From Marsupella aquatica (lineage: Eukaryota > Plantae > Marchantiophyta), in contig OZ316899.1 of assembly GCA_973895155.1 (NCBI GenBank), forward strand, positions 310,001-374,000: a DNA stretch of 64,000 nt, given 5' to 3'. The position numbers and the translations under genes are program-made. A model generated the notes under the pieces. That model saw only the letters and a list, made by a program, of their open reading frames with translations. It searched no databases and was not told where the DNA came from. Positions within the stretch are counted from its first letter, which is position 1. Each line of letters opens with the position of its first letter. Shown here one piece after another: positions 47,521 through 58,619 of this stretch.

Positions 47521-50500
47521 CTAGGGAAAATCCGAGAGTTTGCGTAGGCCGATTCCTGTCGAGTGTGCTTCGTGCAGGACACGAGGTAAGGGCTTCGTGA
47601 ATAGGTCGGCGCGATTGTCTTTGGAAGGTATCCATTGAACGTTAATCTGATCGCCATGCTGTTCATGTGTATGGAAGAATTTAGGTGCTATGTGCTTAAT
47701 TCGATCTCCCTTGATAAATCCTTTAGCAATTTGGTCAACGTAGGGTCTGTTATCTTCGTAGATGATTGTTGGTTTGGTGAGGACTTCTTGACCGGTGGAG
47801 ACGTGGATATGGTTGATAAGTTGGCGAAGCCATAAGCATTCGCGACTAGCTTTGTATAGGGCGATTATTTCCGCATGGTTGGAGGAAGTTGTTGTCAGTG
47901 TCTGCTTAGTACTTTTCCAGGATATTGCCGTGGATCCTTGCAGGAAGACATAGCCCGTCTGGGACTTGGCATCATCGGGATCGGAGAGGTAACCTGCGTC
48001 AGCGAAACCAATCAGTTCATTAGGCATATCTTTAGGAAAGTAGAGGCCAGTGTCAATCGTACCTTGGAGGTAGCACAAAATTCTCTTGATACCGTTCCAA
48101 TGTCTTATCGTTGGCTGAGAGTTGTGGCGAGCCAACAAGTTGACAGCGAAGGAGATATCCGGGCGTGTCTGGCTTGCCAGGTACATCAAGGCGCCTATAG
48201 CTGAGAGGTAAGGTTTCTCTGGGCCCAAGATCGGTTCTTGTTCAGTTCTGCGCTTGTACATATCTTTGGATGAATCTAAGGAGCGAAGTTCCATAGGTGT
48301 TGTGATAGGGTATGACTTGTCCATATTAAATTGTTTTAACATCTTCCTGGTATATGTGGATTGGTGAATCAGAACGCCATTAGGTAAGTGTTCGAATTGA
48401 ATGCCAAGGCAGGAAAGGGGTGTCCCAATATCCTTCATTGCGAAGATGCCTTTGAGTGTTGTAATTGTTTGTTCCATAAGAAGCTTAGTGCCCATAAGAT
48501 TTATATCATCTACATAGATTGCTATGATAATAAATTCAGTTCCAGCTCGTTTTATGAATAGGCAGGGAGCGATGTCCTCATTCACGAAACCAAGTGCTAT
48601 CATCTCAGCACGGAAGCGCTTGTACCAAATACGGCCACTCTGTTTTAAGCCATAAATGGATCGAAGAACCTGTACAGCAAATGCTTTCGCTGGTTTTTGA
48701 GGTTTAGGTATCCTCTGATGAATGAGGTTTACCTCTATGGGTAAACCCAGGGAATTCAATGAAGAATTCGTTTGATGTTCACCATGAGCAATTTGCTTTT
48801 CATGTACATTCTGATCCTCTGATAAGTGTTCAGTTATTTGTTCAGGTACCAGTGGGCCTGATTGAACAAGGTAATCCTTAAGTTCCTGTGTAGGAACAAT
48901 CTTATCAATACCCGACTGTATGTCCGGGGATAGAGTAGTTTGATGCTCCCCCTTAATGTGGAAGGTTACTCTTTGAATTAGCTCGGGTGGAGCTTTCATA
49001 TGGATATCAGTGTCGAGTATGCCATAAAGGTAAGCGGTAACAACGTCCATAAGGTGCATTAGGAGTTTGTGTGTAAGAGTGAAGGCAATCAAGAATCTGT
49101 AAGTGATAGAGTCCATAACCGGGGAATGAGTCAAGTCATAGTCTTTTCCATAGATTTGCGTATAGCCTCTAGCAACGAGTCGGGCTTTGTAGCGGACTAC
49201 TTCGCCTGCTGCATTTCGTTTACGTACTAGTGTAATTCTGTATCCTGTGAGATGTTGTTCAGCAGGTACAATTTGAATCTGTCCAAATACTTGGCGGCTT
49301 ATGAGTGAGTCGAGCTCGGAGTTAATGGCAGAGTCCCATTTAGGCCAATCGGGACGTTGTTGAGCTTCTTTAATATTCCGGGGATCTGGTAAGTCACTGG
49401 ATATATCTTGGGAGATAAGAAAGGCAAAATGTTCGTCAGGTTCAGTTATATCTCTAGGCCATAAGTGCCCGGTATGCATGTAATGTATTGATATTTCTTC
49501 GTTATCGACCAGTGTAGTTCCTGGTGAACGTAAGTAGAGCTGTGTTGATACAGGTTTCTTTTGTCGTGATCTGGGGTCTTTGGATCCAGGGGGTCTGCCT
49601 CTCTTTGCCTTGGGGGCATGGTCTGTGGCTCGGGTATCGGGCATGGAAATTCTGGCAGGGACGTTAGCTGCTTCTATATGGGATTTCATGGCAGCAGTAG
49701 CATCATTAAAGGCGTCTGGTATTTTTTCCATGATTCGGTGAAGATTTAGGATGCACTTTACTTCGTCATTTCTGAGTTGTGTACGGGGGTCATTCCATAA
49801 TGGGTCCTTAGTTGTCCATTCTAACGTAGGGGTTAGAGTGTTCTGTTTGTAGAGTTGTGCAGGGGTAAGGAGTGGGGGAAAAATATCCTCACAGAATTTA
49901 CAATCCTGGTATCTAGCTCGGAACACATCAGCTGTAGTTGGTTTGAGGTACCTGACGATTGAAGGAGAGTCGAATCCCACATAGATGCCGCGTTGCCGCT
50001 GTGGTCCCATTTTAGTATGTTTAGGGCCTAGAATTGGGACGAGAACAAGACAACCAAACATTTTCAGGTGTGTAACGTCTGGTGTAGATCCATATGCTAG
50101 CTGATGTGGTGTGTAAGTGTTGAAGGCCGATGGTCTGTACCTTAATAATGCGGCACCGTGGAGTACAGCATGTCCCCAAGCTGTAAGTGGCAATTGTGTC
50201 TGTAGTAATATAGGTCTTGAGATAAGTTGTATACGTTTGATCATTGCTTCTGCAGCGCCATTTTGGAAATGTACATATGGTACCGAGTATTGAATGGTGA
50301 TACCCAGGGCTTGGCAGAAATCGTCGAAGGCAGGTGATGTGAATTCACCAGCATTGTCGATTCTTATTGTCTTGGTAGCTGAGTCAGGGAATTGAGTTCT
50401 TAGGCGTATAATCTGAGTTAGTAGGCGAGCAAATACCAGGTTTCGGGTGGAGATTAGTGAGACCGAGGACCATTTCGTGGATGAGCATATCATCACTAGA

Positions 50501-50640
50501 AAGAACCGAAATGGTCCACTTGGTGGGTCTATTGGGCCGCAGACATCCACGTTTATCTGTGAGAGGAAATCAGGTATGTGGTAGGTGTTTTTAGTGGTGG
50601 CAGGCATTGTAATCAATTTGCCTTGTGCACATGGGATCAT
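47521..50640 (-). CDS. Copia integrase-RT-RNase H, separated from gag-PR by a 1-nt frameshift
   Basis: DVCGP, IRIDNAGEF, QNGAAE, YKARLVARG, MDVVTAYLYG, YGLKQSGR, YVDDI, GFADAGY, IYEDN, ADLFTKPL. Confidence 0.93.
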   Translation of the reverse strand: MIPCAQGKLITMPATTKNTYHIPDFLSQINVDVCGPIDPPSGPFRFFLVMICSSTKWSSVSLISTRNLVFARLLTQIIRLRTQFPDSATKTIRIDNAGEFTSPAFDDFCQALGITIQYSVPYVHFQNGAAEAMIKRIQLISRPILLQTQLPLTAWGHAVLHGAALLRYRPSAFNTYTPHQLAYGSTPDVTHLKMFGCLVLVPILGPKHTKMGPQRQRGIYVGFDSPSIVRYLKPTTADVFRARYQDCKFCEDIFPPLLTPAQLYKQNTLTPTLEWTTKDPLWNDPRTQLRNDEVKCILNLHRIMEKIPDAFNDATAAMKSHIEAANVPARISMPDTRATDHAPKAKRGRPPGSKDPRSRQKKPVSTQLYLRSPGTTLVDNEEISIHYMHTGHLWPRDITEPDEHFAFLISQDISSDLPDPRNIKEAQQRPDWPKWDSAINSELDSLISRQVFGQIQIVPAEQHLTGYRITLVRKRNAAGEVVRYKARLVARGYTQIYGKDYDLTHSPVMDSITYRFLIAFTLTHKLLMHLMDVVTAYLYGILDTDIHMKAPPELIQRVTFHIKGEHQTTLSPDIQSGIDKIVPTQELKDYLVQSGPLVPEQITEHLSEDQNVHEKQIAHGEHQTNSSLNSLGLPIEVNLIHQRIPKPQKPAKAFAVQVLRSIYGLKQSGRIWYKRFRAEMIALGFVNEDIAPCLFIKRAGTEFIIIAIYVDDINLMGTKLLMEQTITTLKGIFAMKDIGTPLSCLGIQFEHLPNGVLIHQSTYTRKMLKQFNMDKSYPITTPMELRSLDSSKDMYKRRTEQEPILGPEKPYLSAIGALMYLASQTRPDISFAVNLLARHNSQPTIRHWNGIKRILCYLQGTIDTGLYFPKDMPNELIGFADAGYLSDPDDAKSQTGYVFLQGSTAISWKSTKQTLTTTSSNHAEIIALYKASRECLWLRQLINHIHVSTGQEVLTKPTIIYEDNRPYVDQIAKGFIKGDRIKHIAPKFFHTHEQHGDQINVQWIPSKDNRADLFTKPLPRVLHEAHSTGIGLRKLSDFP

Positions 50641-52190
50641 GTCTCATGTTTAGATGATGGATGGACTCCTTGGGGGATGCCCGTGGTGTTCTTGAGGATT
50701 TTGTGGTACATTCCTGGGCCAGGGTGGCCAAGGCGGAAGTGCCATAGTTCTGTGGGTGATAAGGGTTGTCGTTGGGAATTGTAAGACATGATCTTAGTGA
50801 CATAAACGCCGGGGGGATGGAGTGGTAATGTCTCTAGTGTGATGGGGCCATTATCAGTTTCTCGAAAAATCTGTAGAGAGTTTATGTGGTTGTCGGGTGC
50901 CGAGCGTATATGGAGATTGTTTTGGCGGACATCATGGAAACTTAGTAAGTTCCGTGTCACGAGTGGGGCATATATGGCAGATGCAATTTTAATGGTTGTG
51001 CCTTGAGGAAGGGTAAGTTGGGCAGGTCCATGGCCTTCCTCTAATTGGTTTATACCTGTGATAGTAGTCACAGGTCTATTTGATGGGTATATGTGCTGGA
51101 AATAACATTTATCTTTTAGGATTGAGTGAGAAGTGCCGCTGTCAAGAATGCAAATATCAGCACTGGCGAGAGATGTGTCATTTACTTCATGTGATATTAT
51201 GTGAACCTCTGGTGGGGGAGGTGCAAGCGTGTATTTGGAGAGATCATCATCAATCTCCAAGTGATGTGCGGCTGTTAAGGTGTTGGATGTTGTGAGGGAG
51301 GCCTGGTATAGTTTGACTAGGTGAGCTTGAACTCTGCAGTTCTTTTGGATATGCCCTGTCCCACCGCAACGGAAACACTTGGGCTGATTATTTGTGGGAT
51401 AATTCTGTGCAAGTTTATTTGGCATATGGTTGGGGTTACGATACCAAGAATTCATGGGAGGCTTGAAGTTTTTGCCTTTGTCTGTGCAAAATTGTTGTCT
51501 CTTGTGGAATTTATTAAAACGACTTGGATTGCCTTTAAATTGGCCACGAGGTCGATTGTGAGAGGAATTACCTCTATTGGTATTCGTGAATTGTATTTCC
51601 GGTTTAGGAAGCGTGCCTGGTGGTCGCTCGCGAGAGTTCCTCAAAAGGAGGAGGTCATTCTTTTCAGCCAGGAGCATGACTGCAATCAAATCTGAGAATT
51701 GGGTGAAATGGCATTGTCTATAAATCTGCGATAACTGCATGTTCGCTGCCGAGAATGTAGAAAGAGTCTTTTCAATCTTTGCTGCTTCATCGATTGGTTC
51801 GCCGCAGACTGCTAGCTGAGCAGTTATCCGAAATAAGGCGCTATTGAATTTGGCAATTGTAGGGTAGTCTAGAACTCGTAAATGAATCCATTCATTTCGT
51901 GCAGCTGGTAGGGAAATTAGACGCAGATGGTTGAACCTCAATTTGAGAGCGTCCCATAGGGCTCGGGGATTAAACTCTATACGGTATTCAAGTTGTAGTT
52001 CGGCAGCGAGGTGATGGCGAATGATGTACAGTGCCTGAGCCTTTTGTTGTAATGTGCCATTGATATCTGCTAAGATAATGTCGCCGAGGCCTTTCATGTT
52101 GAGAACAATTTCTGTATTCTGTGCCCAAGATAAATAATTGTCGCCATCTGTTGCGAGCAATGGGAATTGGAGCTTCTCCAATGTTGTCAT
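50637..52190 (-). CDS. Copia gag-protease (to the start of the integrase zinc finger)
   Basis: CFRCGGTGHIQKNC knuckle, ILDSGTSHSI protease, LWHFRLGHPG. Confidence 0.92.
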   Translation of the reverse strand: MTTLEKLQFPLLATDGDNYLSWAQNTEIVLNMKGLGDIILADINGTLQQKAQALYIIRHHLAAELQLEYRIEFNPRALWDALKLRFNHLRLISLPAARNEWIHLRVLDYPTIAKFNSALFRITAQLAVCGEPIDEAAKIEKTLSTFSAANMQLSQIYRQCHFTQFSDLIAVMLLAEKNDLLLLRNSRERPPGTLPKPEIQFTNTNRGNSSHNRPRGQFKGNPSRFNKFHKRQQFCTDKGKNFKPPMNSWYRNPNHMPNKLAQNYPTNNQPKCFRCGGTGHIQKNCRVQAHLVKLYQASLTTSNTLTAAHHLEIDDDLSKYTLAPPPPEVHIISHEVNDTSLASADICILDSGTSHSILKDKCYFQHIYPSNRPVTTITGINQLEEGHGPAQLTLPQGTTIKIASAIYAPLVTRNLLSFHDVRQNNLHIRSAPDNHINSLQIFRETDNGPITLETLPLHPPGVYVTKIMSYNSQRQPLSPTELWHFRLGHPGPGMYHKILKNTTGIPQGVHPSSKHET

Positions 52191-55100
52191 AGTCGATGAA
52201 AATTTTGTGGTGTACTTGGCGGAAAAAATAAATTAAAAAATGTGTCTTGGGGAATGTCGTTCGATGCTTCGTTCACAGGAATACGAAAAAATTCACAAGA
52301 GGCCTATGAGTAGCTCGAGAGTTGTTGGAGGAGCAAAATCATGTGCTGATAACGTGTTAGACGATGGTTATAATTCATACACCAACAACATAAGAATAAT
52401 CTTTTCATGAGCCAATGTGGCTTATAAGGTGTTACACATTGGATGGTTATAACTACCTTCTCCTAGTCTCATGGCTCTCTATATCTAGTCCCTATATACC
52501 CCTTTGTATCATTCTATGAGTTAGAGTTAAGTGTATTCTAACAAGAACAAGAAAAAAAATTCCAAAAAAAAATGTGAGAACAAGAAAGTCTGACTTTTAA
52601 TGTTGCATTCTTTCAAACAACGTCGTATATGACTATGTTACTTGGTTACTTTACGTCGTCCATCTCACTTTACGTCTTTCTACCTGAGGTTTTTTTGTTT
52701 TTACGTCGTATGGGATGCAGTAACTAACGTTGCATGGTACATCGTATGTAAGAAACGTCGTCTTCCACGATGTTCGTGTTACTAATACGTAGTGTGGAAG
52801 GACGTTTAGTGTGATTGTCGTCAAATTGACGACGTTGCATTGGATCTGGCAGGTTTTTCGTTATTTCTCAATCACTCCCCGACTTCAGCATCTCTACCGG
52901 CAAAAGCACTTATCCACACTACAGACTTGGCATGTGGAGAACAAATCCCCACCAGGGATAATGCAATACCACCAAGATAGTCTAGCCTGGAAGTACATTG
53001 ATGCCACTTGGCCAAATTTTGCCCAGGAGCCAAGAAATGTTTGTTTGGGGTTGGCAATCGATGGAGTGAACCCATATAAACAATGACGGAAGCCTAAGTC
53101 CATCTGGCCTGTTCTTTTGATAATTCAGAACATCCCTCCATGGTTGGCAATGAAGAAGGGTCATGTGCTTCTATTAGCTATAATTCCTGGACCCAAGGCC
53201 TGTAAGAATCCTGATATCTGTTTGGCTCCAGCTTATGAAGAGCTACATAATCTGTGGGAGGTTGGAGCAGTGACAACAGATGTCACTCCTGAAGCAGACA
53301 ATGGCAGGACCTTCAATATGAGGGTAATGATCACTCATTGCACCACAGATGGTCAAGGTAATTCATTGGGCAACCCAATGGCTATTGGTTGCACAATGTC
53401 ATGTACAATGCAAGTGTTGGGGTTATTTGTGGTCTGAACATGGTTCAATGAAATGGCAGGTATGGGGACAATATCTGGCCTGAAGGTGGCAGGTTTTCAG
53501 CTTGCCCTTCATGTGGCCCAAAGTTGCGTGGGAGGTACTCAAGACTACTGCACAAAACCACATATGAGGGCAACAGGGTCCGGTTGGCAATGGATGACCA
53601 CTTGCGACAAAACACAACACATTGGACAGAGACTGAATTGCAACCATGTCCTAATGGCCCTTCAGCTGAAGGACAAATTCAAATGGCAGAGAAGGTGGAA
53701 GCAAAGTTACTGAAACCCAAGGATTGTGGAGTAAACCGACGCGCAGCTATGTGGGACTTGCCTTATTGGAGGGTAAGTGATAGAAGTGCATGGTTCCTTT
53801 ACAGCAAATTAGACCAATAAAATGCTTAATTTAGAGATTGCAACTGATTCAATATGCTGCTTCAATTTCCAGAGTTTCCAAGTTCGATGCTTGTTGGACC
53901 CCATGCACATTGGAGTGAATGTTGCTAAGAACTTGGTGAAGCACATTTATGGGACAAATGACACTCGTGGAGTCCGAGAGGATGCTGAGAGGGTTGGAAT
54001 AGTGAAGAGTTGTTGGATAACACGTACTGGGGAGAAACCTCCTGGTCCTTGGATTTTGCCAAGAGAGGTTTTGAAGGACATGAATGGGATGATAAGCAAG
54101 ATGAAGTTCCCTAGCCATTACGGAGCTAGTTTTTGTGGGTGCACTACAAGGAATGATCACATACCCCCAATAGGGTTGAAGGCTCATGATTATCACAAGT
54201 TGATACAACATGTGCTACCAGCAGTCTTGCGTTGTTGTGATGATTCCCAGGAGCGTCGTTTACTCTGATATGAGATGTGCTCCATTTTCAGGTTAGTATG
54301 ATAACGTACCCTCTCTTCCATTGCTCTCTTGCAAGTTCTTGTTACCGCTGCAGGAGCTCTGTAATTCAACAAGTATTTCAAACTCATTTTTCTATGGCCC
54401 TATGTGGATCTGATATACAAAATCTTTGATGGTTTTGAGGAGGAACATAGGTGGGTATGCGCTAAGGAGATAAAGGAGTCTGAGATTCCTTTGATGAGGG
54501 AGAGGTCAGCTCACGTGATGTGCAATATGGAGAAGGTGTTTCCCCCATGCATATTTGACACGCAATTGCATTTACTATGTCACTTGGTGGATGAGGTCGC
54601 GATTGCTGGTCCTGTCCATGCACGTTGGATGTATTGGGTAGAGCGCTTCATGAAAGTGCTCAAGTCCATGGTGCGTCAACCAGCTCGACCAGAGGGAAGT
54701 ATGGCAACGGGGTATATCATGTCGGAGTGCCTCTTTTATTCCGGAGGGATGATAGGGAGTTTGGACGCAGAAGCTCCCACAGCTTGGGAAGAGGCACAAG
54801 ATGATGACAATGGTGGGTTACGTTTGATGGGTGCATCAAAAAAGCGTTCACTACATGACGACATACTTCGACTACAGATCCACAATTATGTGTTGGGAAA
54901 TCGCCCAGAGATGTCTCAGTGGAGGTAGTTGTATAGGTACATATATGCAACTCTATATATTGTGGGTTCAAGGAGCACTTCTTTGGATTGTGCAATATTC
55001 TCGTGGATCCATACATTTTTTGTAGTGCATTCTTTGAGCAGCAACCCATAGTTCCACGACGGTATGCATTATTTTGCGTATGGGCATTGGAGCACATGGA

Positions 55101-55868
55101 TAGGCTCCTTGCAGAGCATGGACCCTTATCCATTCCCATTGATGTACAAAACATCATTAGGGGACCAGGGTTGTGGGCAACAACCCATACACACATGTAT
55201 GAGTCAGGGCACCACTTTCGCACTTGGAGGACAGATCACATGAAGAAGAGTACATGTAACTCAGGAGTGTTCATGTTGACAGACCCAGGTGATGTTGAGA
55301 TTCCCTATTGTGGCACTGTATTGGATATTTTAGACGTTCACTTTGGGTCATTTACTGCTACTGTGTTAGAGGTGCGGTGGCACAAATCCATCACGTCACC
55401 TCCACATAGAGCCACCATGGTGAAAGATGAGTGTGGGTTCTATTGGGTAGACACGACTCGTGTAGCACCATCCGGGATTGAGGTTAGTGACACTATGTGT
55501 ATTTCCTAGTGTGACGCCGCCGGTACGGCGGTTAATGAGTGATTCGGTCTAACTGCGCTCGGCACGTGCGTTAGGAGTGTCTTAGGCCGCTATTATTAGC
55601 ATAACGACAATATTTAGGTAATCATTATGGGTAGGATATCATTAGGCAATAAGGGGGAATTCAGGTTCGGACTGGCGGCTGGTCGCTATTCGCACACCCG
55701 GGTTACGAGCGTGGAGGGGCCCCTCCCTCGGGTCCGTATAACGAACTTAAGGAAGTGGCCACTGACACGCGCTGACTCAGACTGGCGGAGTGGCCGACAC
55801 ACCACAAGCGTGAGCGGTTCAGCCTATGGGCGTCGAGGGGACGTCGGGGGATCGACAAGCCCTCAAGG

Positions 55869-55876
55869 TATAAAAG
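55869..55876 (+). promoter_or_regulatory. TATA box of putative LTR promoter
   Basis: TATAAAAG about 360 bp inside the element start and upstream of the extra ORF. Confidence 0.5.
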
Positions 55877-56240
55877 GGGAGCCAACCCTTTGTAGTGCAC
55901 CAGTCCATCAGTCCACGCGCCAGCTTCGACCCTAGCTCTCTCGTTCGCTCTAAGTTGCCACTACTATCTCCTCTGAATGTTGCACACGATCCTCTCCAGC
56001 TCAACCATTCGATTCTGGACGCAGTTCCTATCTACCGGAAGGCACTTGGCCGACTCATTGAAACACGCCAACCCGCGCCGATACAAAATCGAACGCGAGT
56101 ACGAGAGAGCCATCCGCCTAGCAGGACGACACCACTACATCCTTAACTTTGACTACCCGTCTCAGAGTGAGCTTTATTGACCAGCAGAGGTATCCGGGTA
56201 CTTCTTCAACGGAGACAAATATATCGGGTTCTGGGAAGCA

Positions 56241-58619
56241 TTGCTTCGGCTTCCGGACGAGGTCTTCAATATCCCGGGTACGATCGACTTGCAACAACAT
56301 CACTTTGACCACATCCCTGCTCAGGTTCGGGCTATCATCAACAGCAAGTCCAGCACTACCCGTTCGACAAGGTCGTCTGCACTCACTTTGGAGAACTTCT
56401 ACCAGCACCTACAGAGCTTCATAGGAACTCGGCCAGCAACCAACATGACCAACTCAGTCGTACCCGTACCCGTACCCGTACCCATACAACCTCAGGCTCA
56501 GCTTCAGCTTCAGCCTCAGCCGCAGCCTAGCCAAACCCCACCACCGATCGCCCAGCCAACACAAGTACGCTCCATCATCAACGCTGTGGATCTTAGCGAT
56601 GACGACGAGGCTACCCTACCCTTGACCAGGCGGCCCAGAGGAACAAGCGCTCAGGGGGCCGACACTATATCGTCCCCACCCCCTGCTCTGACCCTAGGAG
56701 CGGCCCCGGTAGACAACATGGTGACTGTGGCCGACCCGGGCCCGTTACTAACGGCAGTGGCACTACCCAGGCCCGATCGGGAGGATGGGGAGGTGTCACC
56801 TTCCCCGAGCCAGTCACGGGGGAAGAAGAGGAAGGAATCCGCCACTGCATCCGGGTTACCGTTGGCCACGGTAGCCGTGGCCAAGGTGACGATGCACCGC
56901 ATGGGGGAAAACGTTCACAAAAACATCCTCCATCCCAAGCATGCGGTGTACCTGAAGACTCAGGGATTCGAGCACCTCGCCTCCCTCCCCTGGAACACTT
57001 GCAGGTACTACGGGGAGGACATGACGGAGTTCGTCAGGAATTATGACGACGCGCGTCAACATACTCGGCTACGGGGAAGGAGTATGTCCCTCACGGAAGA
57101 ACGGCTCAGGATGATCTTCGGGTTACCCGAAGGTGACCATCGAGTCGAATCACGGGCTCCCGGGGGCAAGGGAGCCAAGTACCAATCTTCAAGTTTTCCC
57201 TCAGAGGGAGTAGTGGACAACGGGTTCGTGATGAAGACCTGCCTCATCCCCGAGATAGCTGAGCGACTGGAGTTCCAGAGGTACGCCCTCCACATGATGG
57301 AACCCCGGGGGGAGATCTCCGCCGCCCAGGTTATCCAGGTCGAGAACTATCGACCTAGGAGGTGGGCGTCGTACTTCGCTAAGAAATTCCATGAAGAGAT
57401 GGAGCGGCGAAGGAAGACGCTGTACATTGGCGGGAAGGCGTATTTCGCTAGCCACATCGAGATCATTCTTGAGTGGTACGCCCGGTTTGATCGACGAACC
57501 CTTCCCCGTGTCAACGTTACAAAGCTGGTCCCAGCTAGGTGGGTTTTCCCGGCCTTGGAGAGACGGCCCCAACCCGAGGCCCAAAGTCCAGCGGACACGC
57601 CAGCTTCACCCACCCCACCTCCACAAGTAGCTGTAGTCGTAACCAAAGAGGTACCGGATGGGTCGGTCGTCGCAACTGTTGATGCGACCCAACAAGTCGG
57701 GCTAAGTACAGAAGTCGGTACGACGGAGGTCTTACCCGAGCCAGGGTCTCCCAAAGACCCACCGGTGGCTATTCCGGAGAACCGGACATTGCTGCAGGAG
57801 GACACTCCAGCCCCTTCCAACGTTACGTCCCCAGGGCTGGACGTCACTGCCCCGGCCCCCGCGCGTGTTGATGTCTGCCCGTGCCCAACTCCGGACAGGC
57901 ACAACCTGGACCACCCGGAACTCTTCGTACCGGGTACATTTCTGAACGGGCTTCTGGGAGATTTCTCTCATCAAATTTCCCGGGATACCGGGGAGTTCAT
58001 GGCCCGGAAGGTAGCCTGTTTCTTCAATCAGGAGTTGGTTGCCGCAGTAAAGGCAGGTCGGGCCCAGTCAGAGGCCCTTCAGAGGATAGAGCGGTACCGG
58101 GTGGAGTCCATGTACCTAAAGAATGAAGTTGCGGCTCAAGAGGCTGAGCTTCTGCAACTACGACTCAAGGTTGCAGCCGCCGATGAGTTGTTAGCAAAGG
58201 CGCACGCTCTTACCGCCCTAGCCGAACAGGCCAAAGCTGGGAACGAGGCCGAGATTACACGACTCCGGAACCAGATTGACAGTTTGAAGAATCAAACTGT
58301 CACCTGGCAGAAAGACCTGGAGGAGGCCGAGGAACGGGCCCAACGGGACACGGCGGAGATAGCCACGCTGCAGGCCGAGGTGGTGCGGCTCCAAACCGAG
58401 GCCGAGAAGCAGGACCAGCTGGCGGGTAAACTGACAAGTGACGCCCAGCAGCTGGAGGAGGCTTGTCAAGAGGCAGCAGAGGAGACGGACGCGGCGAGGC
58501 GAGAGAACGAATCTCTGTTGGACCAGGTCCAGCTCCTCAAGGCGGACAATGACAGGCTTCAAAGGCAGCGGGATGGCCGCTCCCATTCGGGCGGCTCTGG
58601 CAAGCGTGCCAGGCATTAG
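56241..58619 (+). CDS. 792-aa extra ORF (probably about 880 aa from 55977 with a TGA at 56178): N-domain, Pro/Gln linker, PMD/Athila-ORF1-like domain, Pro-rich linker, long coiled coil
   Basis: Long open frame with a homologue at 11457-13652; the frame continues upstream to ORF 55977-56180 across a single stop. Confidence 0.8.
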   Translation: MLRLPDEVFNIPGTIDLQQHHFDHIPAQVRAIINSKSSTTRSTRSSALTLENFYQHLQSFIGTRPATNMTNSVVPVPVPVPIQPQAQLQLQPQPQPSQTPPPIAQPTQVRSIINAVDLSDDDEATLPLTRRPRGTSAQGADTISSPPPALTLGAAPVDNMVTVADPGPLLTAVALPRPDREDGEVSPSPSQSRGKKRKESATASGLPLATVAVAKVTMHRMGENVHKNILHPKHAVYLKTQGFEHLASLPWNTCRYYGEDMTEFVRNYDDARQHTRLRGRSMSLTEERLRMIFGLPEGDHRVESRAPGGKGAKYQSSSFPSEGVVDNGFVMKTCLIPEIAERLEFQRYALHMMEPRGEISAAQVIQVENYRPRRWASYFAKKFHEEMERRRKTLYIGGKAYFASHIEIILEWYARFDRRTLPRVNVTKLVPARWVFPALERRPQPEAQSPADTPASPTPPPQVAVVVTKEVPDGSVVATVDATQQVGLSTEVGTTEVLPEPGSPKDPPVAIPENRTLLQEDTPAPSNVTSPGLDVTAPAPARVDVCPCPTPDRHNLDHPELFVPGTFLNGLLGDFSHQISRDTGEFMARKVACFFNQELVAAVKAGRAQSEALQRIERYRVESMYLKNEVAAQEAELLQLRLKVAAADELLAKAHALTALAEQAKAGNEAEITRLRNQIDSLKNQTVTWQKDLEEAEERAQRDTAEIATLQAEVVRLQTEAEKQDQLAGKLTSDAQQLEEACQEAAEETDAARRENESLLDQVQLLKADNDRLQRQRDGRSHSGGSGKRARH

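Larger units (their letters stand above)
47053..52543 (-). mobile_element. Full-length Ty1/copia, Bianca-like, very recent
   Basis: 189-bp LTRs (47053-47241, 52355-52543) differ at 1 nt. TSD AGAAC (47048-52, 52544-48); PPT AAGGGGGAG next to the 3' LTR; PBS CGTTATCAGCAC. Gag start KLQFPLL..DGDNYLSWA is Bianca-like. Confidence 0.97.
46232..55509 (+). pseudogene. CACTA-2 transposase (TnpD), intron-rich; interrupted by copia in an intron and truncated by gypsy at 55510
   Basis: EARTPLFEG..SR|VGATLLMLNLQ, IHMCPGGCILY, IAEK|VFRYFSITPRL, RNVCLGLAIDGVNP, WPVLL...PPW, IIPGPK, LDPMHIGVNV, LKAHDYHKLIQ, HLLCHLVDEV..AGPVHARWMYWVER, KDECGF. Stop at 53084. Termini not found. Confidence 0.9.

Noticed and set aside
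50637-50640. Programmed gag/pol frameshift in the copia
   Set aside because: The shift falls inside a conserved integrase Cys codon, not at the gag-protease boundary, and no slippery site is evident.
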